From an uncultured Deinococcales bacterium (GTDB taxonomy: Bacteria > Deinococcota > Deinococci > Deinococcales > JAAFIG01): a stretch of DNA of 10,707 nt. Every line of letters begins with the position of its first letter. The first letter of the stretch is position 1. Shown piece after piece: positions 7,334 to 10,707 of the stretch. The stretch is from the NCBI GenBank assembly GCA_964247135.1, contig CAXTTL010000168.1:1-10707 (forward strand), read 5' to 3'. The notes under the pieces are model-generated. The model did no database searches, had not been told where the DNA came from, and saw only the letters and a list, made by a program, of their open reading frames with translations. A program made the translations under genes and the position numbers.

Positions 7334-9601
7334 TTAAATTTTCTCGAGGGTGATTTCTTGATGACCGCCCTCGATTGTTTGGTCAATGTTCGTTCCAGAA
7401 ACCTTGAATTGAAAGGCTCGAGCCGTGCCTGAACGCGCCAGCGAAATCGTGGTTCCTCGGCGCGTTGCCGTGACCGAAAAATCAGTGTCGCCCGATAAGG
7501 TCGGCACAACCGCGCTGGCACTCGAGCCATCCTCGAGGGCGTACAAGACCAAACTTGGTGTTGCGCCGTAATCGTAATCGGGTCGCCCATCGCTCGAGCC
7601 TAAAACCAGCAGGGTGTTAGGACGCACCAACAACGGCACGCTTAAGAAATCGTGTTTTTCGGTAATACAACGCCCACCAGTGACTGTTTTTCCCGTCAAA
7701 AATTCGGTCCAAGTGCCTGTCGGCACGTAATACGTGACCGTATCATCGCTGCGAAAAACAGGTGCGACCAGCAGCGAATCGCCCAACATGTACTGCCGAT
7801 CCAGCGCGTCACACATCGGGTCGCTCGGAAACTCGAGCATCATGGCTCGCATCATGGGAATGCCCGTGTTGTGGGCTTCGACGGCTTTTTGAAACAAGTA
7901 CGGCATTAAACGGTACTTTAATTTCGTGAAATGCCTGAGCACATCCACCGATTCATCATCGAACAACCACGGCACACGGTAAGACGTGCTGCCATGCAAG
8001 CGGCTGTGCGAACTGAGCAAGCCAAAGGCAATCCAACGCTTGTAGACCTCGAGCGGTGGCATTCCCTCAAAACCGCCAATGTCGTGCGACCAAAAGCCAA
8101 AACCCGACAGGCACAGCGACAAACCGCCGCGCAAACTTTCAGCCATGCTCTCAAAACTCGAGTCGCAATCGCCGCCCCAATGCACCGGAAATTGCTGCGA
8201 ACCTGAGGTGGCACTTCGGGCGAAAACCGTGGCGGAATTGCTATGGGCTTGCAGGGTGTTGAAGACAATTTGGTTGTACAAAAACGAGTAATAATTGTGC
8301 ATTCGTTCAGGGTCGCTTTCGTCGAACCATTGCACGTCCTGGGTCGGGATGCGTTCGCCAAAATCGGTTTTAAAACTGTCCACGCCCATGTCCATCAGAC
8401 GCGTTAAATGTGAGGCGTACCAGGTGCAGGCGTCGGGGTTGGTGAAATCGACAATCGCCATGCCAGGTTGCCACAAGTCCCACTGCCAAACACTGCCGTC
8501 CTTGCGTTTTAACAAGTATCCTCGAGCTTGACCCTCCGCAAACAATTTGGAGCGCTGGGCGATGTATGGGTTGATCCAAACGCAGACTTTTAGACCACGG
8601 TCATGCAGCCTTGCCAACATGCCCTTGGGGTCAGGAAAAACCGCTGGGTCCCATTCAAAATCGCACCAATGAAACGCCCGCATCCAAAAACAATCGAAAT
8701 GAAAGACTGAAAGCGGCAAATCTCGAGTCTGCATTCCGTCCAGAAAGCCATTCACCGTCGCCTCGTCGTAATTGGTGGTGAACGAGGTGGACAACCACAA
8801 GCCAAACGTCCAAGCCGGCGGCAGTGCGGGACGACCCGTCAACACTGTGTACTTCTCGAGAATCTCTTTTGGCGTTGCCCCGTAAATCAGAAAATACTCG
8901 AGCGATTCGCCAGCCACACTAAACTGAACCCGAGAGACCTTCTCGGTGGCGACCTCGAACTCGACGCGTTCGGGTTGATTGACGAACACGCCGTAGCCGC
9001 AATTGGTCAGGTAAAACGGGATGTTCTTGTACGCCTGATCGCTGCCCGTACCGCCATCTCGATTCCAAATCTCGACACTTTGTCCGTTCTTGACAAACGC
9101 CGTGAAGCGCTCTCCCAAACCGTAAACGTTCTCGCCAACACCGAGCGTCAGTTGTTCAACCATAAAGTTTCCAGTGTGTTCGCTGCGCATCAAACCCATC
9201 CCTCGAGACGGACTGCGCGTGAGCACCTGAGCGTTCGCCACAAACTCCACAGACCAGTTCTGACGGTTCACCCGAGCCGTCAGCGCCCCAGAGGTCAAGC
9301 TCGCCATTTCAGGCGCAATGGAATGCTCGAGTGAGACACTCGAATCCGCCACCTCAAAATGCGGACCCAACACCGCAACGCCCGTGAAATGCTCGAGCCG
9401 CACCCGAATCACATCCGCCAGCGGCGAGGACAATTTGACTGCCAAGATTGGACCCTCGAGCGTGTCGCCGCGATGCCGAATGTGGCGTGTTGGGGCGCAC
9501 AACTCGAGCGTGCCGTTTGTGAAACTGGCATCAAAACCCTCGGCAGGGTACGCGGCACGCACCCCTGGCTGCATCATCCAAGCACCATCGGTAAATTTCA
9601 T
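7334..9601 (-). CDS. yicI: GH31 alpha-xylosidase (YicI type), about 755 aa, no signal peptide
   Basis: Typical YicI start MKFTDG.W. Motifs YGLGERFTAFVKNGQ, QAYKNIPFYLTN, FGLWLSTSFTTNYDE, VFHFDCFWM, nucleophile motif FKTDFGERIP, acid/base motif HWGGDC, FWSHDIGGFE and SSHSRLHGS. Start moved to ATG 9601. Confidence 0.95.
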   Translation of the reverse strand: MKFTDGAWMMQPGVRAAYPAEGFDASFTNGTLELCAPTRHIRHRGDTLEGPILAVKLSSPLADVIRVRLEHFTGVAVLGPHFEVADSSVSLEHSIAPEMASLTSGALTARVNRQNWSVEFVANAQVLTRSPSRGMGLMRSEHTGNFMVEQLTLGVGENVYGLGERFTAFVKNGQSVEIWNRDGGTGSDQAYKNIPFYLTNCGYGVFVNQPERVEFEVATEKVSRVQFSVAGESLEYFLIYGATPKEILEKYTVLTGRPALPPAWTFGLWLSTSFTTNYDEATVNGFLDGMQTRDLPLSVFHFDCFWMRAFHWCDFEWDPAVFPDPKGMLARLHDRGLKVCVWINPYIAQRSKLFAEGQARGYLLKRKDGSVWQWDLWQPGMAIVDFTNPDACTWYASHLTRLMDMGVDSFKTDFGERIPTQDVQWFDESDPERMHNYYSFLYNQIVFNTLQAHSNSATVFARSATSGSQQFPVHWGGDCDSSFESMAESLRGGLSLCLSGFGFWSHDIGGFEGMPPLEVYKRWIAFGLLSSHSRLHGSTSYRVPWLFDDESVDVLRHFTKLKYRLMPYLFQKAVEAHNTGIPMMRAMMLEFPSDPMCDALDRQYMLGDSLLVAPVFRSDDTVTYYVPTGTWTEFLTGKTVTGGRCITEKHDFLSVPLLVRPNTLLVLGSSDGRPDYDYGATPSLVLYALEDGSSASAVVPTLSGDTDFSVTATRRGTTISLARSGTARAFQFKVSGTNIDQTIEGGHQEITLEKI

Positions 9602-9628
9602 CGTAGCGCGAGTATAACCACAAGTTTT

Positions 9629-9652
9629 TCGAACGTGTTTGTCGAACACGTT
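9629..9652. promoter_or_regulatory. Candidate operator upstream of the alpha-xylosidase gene
   Basis: AACGTGTT-N5-AACACGTT inverted repeat (9632-9652). It is also a 13-bp-period tandem TCGAAC-NN-GTT, immediately upstream of a TATACT -10-like box (minus strand, 9616-9611). Confidence 0.45.
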
Positions 9653-9889
9653 ACAGCCTCAAAGATTGGGTCGAACAAAATGCCCAACCAACTCGGGTTT
9701 TAGAAAATAATCCTCGAGTTTAAATACTGTTTCCAAACCAATCAATTCATTCGGTCAGGATTTCTATTCACAAATCCGAACCGGTTTCTCGCCCCGAAAA
9801 ATTTCAGCCAAAAACCGTGAGAAACCAAAATTCAATACGCTACTTTGCCCATGCCCGCCCAACGGCACTCGAGTTAAGCTAAAGTATTC

Positions 9890-10707
9890 ATGATTGAAGT
9901 CGCCAACCTCGAGAAGCATTACACGGTGAACGAAAAAGAGCCTGGCATTGCGGGCAGTTTAAGGTCGTTTTTTAGCCGCAAAACCAAAACCGTCAAAGCC
10001 GTCGATGGCGTCAGTTTTAAGATTGGTGCAGGTGAAATGGTGGGTTTTTTGGGCGCGAACGGCGCGGGCAAAACCACCACCCTGAAAATGCTGGCGGGCT
10101 TGCTGCACCCGACGGGCGGCATGGCGAAAGTCGCGGGCTTCACGCCGTTTGAACGACGCTCGAGTTTTCTGAAAACCATCACGCTGGTGATGGGGCAAAA
10201 GCAGCAGCTCTTGTGGGATTTGCCCGCCTCGGACAGTTTTTTGGTCAACCAAGCGATTTACGAAATCCCCGACCTCGAGTACCGCGCCACGATGGGCGAG
10301 TTCAGCGAGTTGCTCGATTTGGACGGCATCCTCAAAAAACAGGTGCGCAAACTTTCCCTTGGTGAACGCATGAAATGCGAACTCGCGGCGGCATTGTTGC
10401 ACCGTCCGAAGGTTTTATTTCTGGACGAACCGACCATTGGTCTTGATGTCAACATGCAAGTGCGAATTCGGGAATTTGTCGCGGCGTACAACCAACGGTT
10501 TAACGCCACCGTCATTCTGACCAGCCACTACATGGCAGACGTGACGGCGCTCTGCAAACGCATCGTCGTGGTGGACAAAGGGCATATCATTTTTGACGGC
10601 GACCTTTCGGCTTTAATTGAACGCTCGAGTCCCGCCAAAATCGTCAAACTCGAGCTTTCCAAAGTTGTTTCTCGAGACATTCTGGAATCTTACGCGCCGG
10701 TCAAAAG
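9890..10707 (+). CDS. ABC-2-type transporter ATP-binding protein (COG4586-like), truncated by the window end
   Basis: Hand translation from ATG 9890: MIEVANLEKHYTVNEKEPGIAGSLRSFF...KAVDGVSF..., Walker A GANGAGKTT, VMGQKQQLLWDLP, signature LSLGERMK, Walker B LFLDEPTIGLD and H-loop LTSHYM. Open to the edge and absent from the ORF track. Confidence 0.93.
   Translation, partial: MIEVANLEKHYTVNEKEPGIAGSLRSFFSRKTKTVKAVDGVSFKIGAGEMVGFLGANGAGKTTTLKMLAGLLHPTGGMAKVAGFTPFERRSSFLKTITLVMGQKQQLLWDLPASDSFLVNQAIYEIPDLEYRATMGEFSELLDLDGILKKQVRKLSLGERMKCELAAALLHRPKVLFLDEPTIGLDVNMQVRIREFVAAYNQRFNATVILTSHYMADVTALCKRIVVVDKGHIIFDGDLSALIERSSPAKIVKLELSKVVSRDILESYAPVK

Larger units (their letters stand above)
294..10676. 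repeat. Dispersed highly iterated palindrome CTCGAG (about 62 copies)
   Basis: Hand-counted sites include 294, 310, 349, 432, 652, 715, 832, 853, 889, 934, 981, 7521, 7532, 7593, 10624, 10649 and 10671. Random expectation at about 50% GC is 10707/4096, or about 2.6. Confidence 0.9.

Noticed and set aside
9629-9652. Gram-positive LexA box (GAAC-N4-GTTC)
   Set aside because: Spacing here is GAAC-N2-GTT, and an SOS site before an alpha-xylosidase has no supporting context.
9783-9826. GGTTTCTC...GAGAAACC inverted repeat
   Set aside because: Only 8 bp with a 28-nt spacer, which is plausible by chance, and no function is supportable.
9-10515. Remaining short ORFs (63-186 aa) in the track
   Set aside because: All overlap well-supported genes in other frames or strands, mostly or entirely, and show no recognisable domains.
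294-10676. CRISPR array, tandem repeat or synthetic cloning scars as the explanation for recurring CTCGAG
   Set aside because: Spacing is irregular, there is no longer conserved flank, and the sites sit inside intact reading frames in all phases without disrupting protein motifs.
9890-10707. ABC ATPase as the energiser of the sugar importer
   Set aside because: Its motifs (VMGQKQQLLWDLP, LSLGERMK, DEPTIGLD) are ABC-2/exporter type, not MalK/MsmK (LSGGQ.QR, DEPLSNLD). Sugar importers of this type usually borrow a shared ATPase encoded elsewhere.

Overview
Bacterial carbohydrate-utilisation locus of about 50% GC. A leftward operon encodes two sugar ABC permeases, a large solute-binding protein, a GH95 alpha-L-fucosidase-family enzyme and the 5' end of a GH42 beta-galactosidase (missed by the ORF track). 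It is divergent from a LacI-family regulator, with a perfect 22-bp palindromic operator overlapping both candidate promoters. A YicI-type GH31 alpha-xylosidase converges on lacI across a GTAG-type REP-like hairpin, and an unrelated ABC-2-type ATPase (also missed by the ORF track) runs off the right edge. The GH31+GH42+GH95+ABC set fits import and cytoplasmic dismantling of fucogalactoxyloglucan oligosaccharides (inference). The most striking unexplained signal is the palindrome CTCGAG: about 62 copies by hand count against about 2.6 expected, in all three codon phases and in intergenic DNA, but sparse in the transporter genes. This resembles a HIP1-like highly iterated palindrome. The GH42 reading frame also loses family resemblance abruptly about 52 nt from the left edge, suggesting an insertion or assembly junction. 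The host may be Deinococcota, but this is a weak inference.
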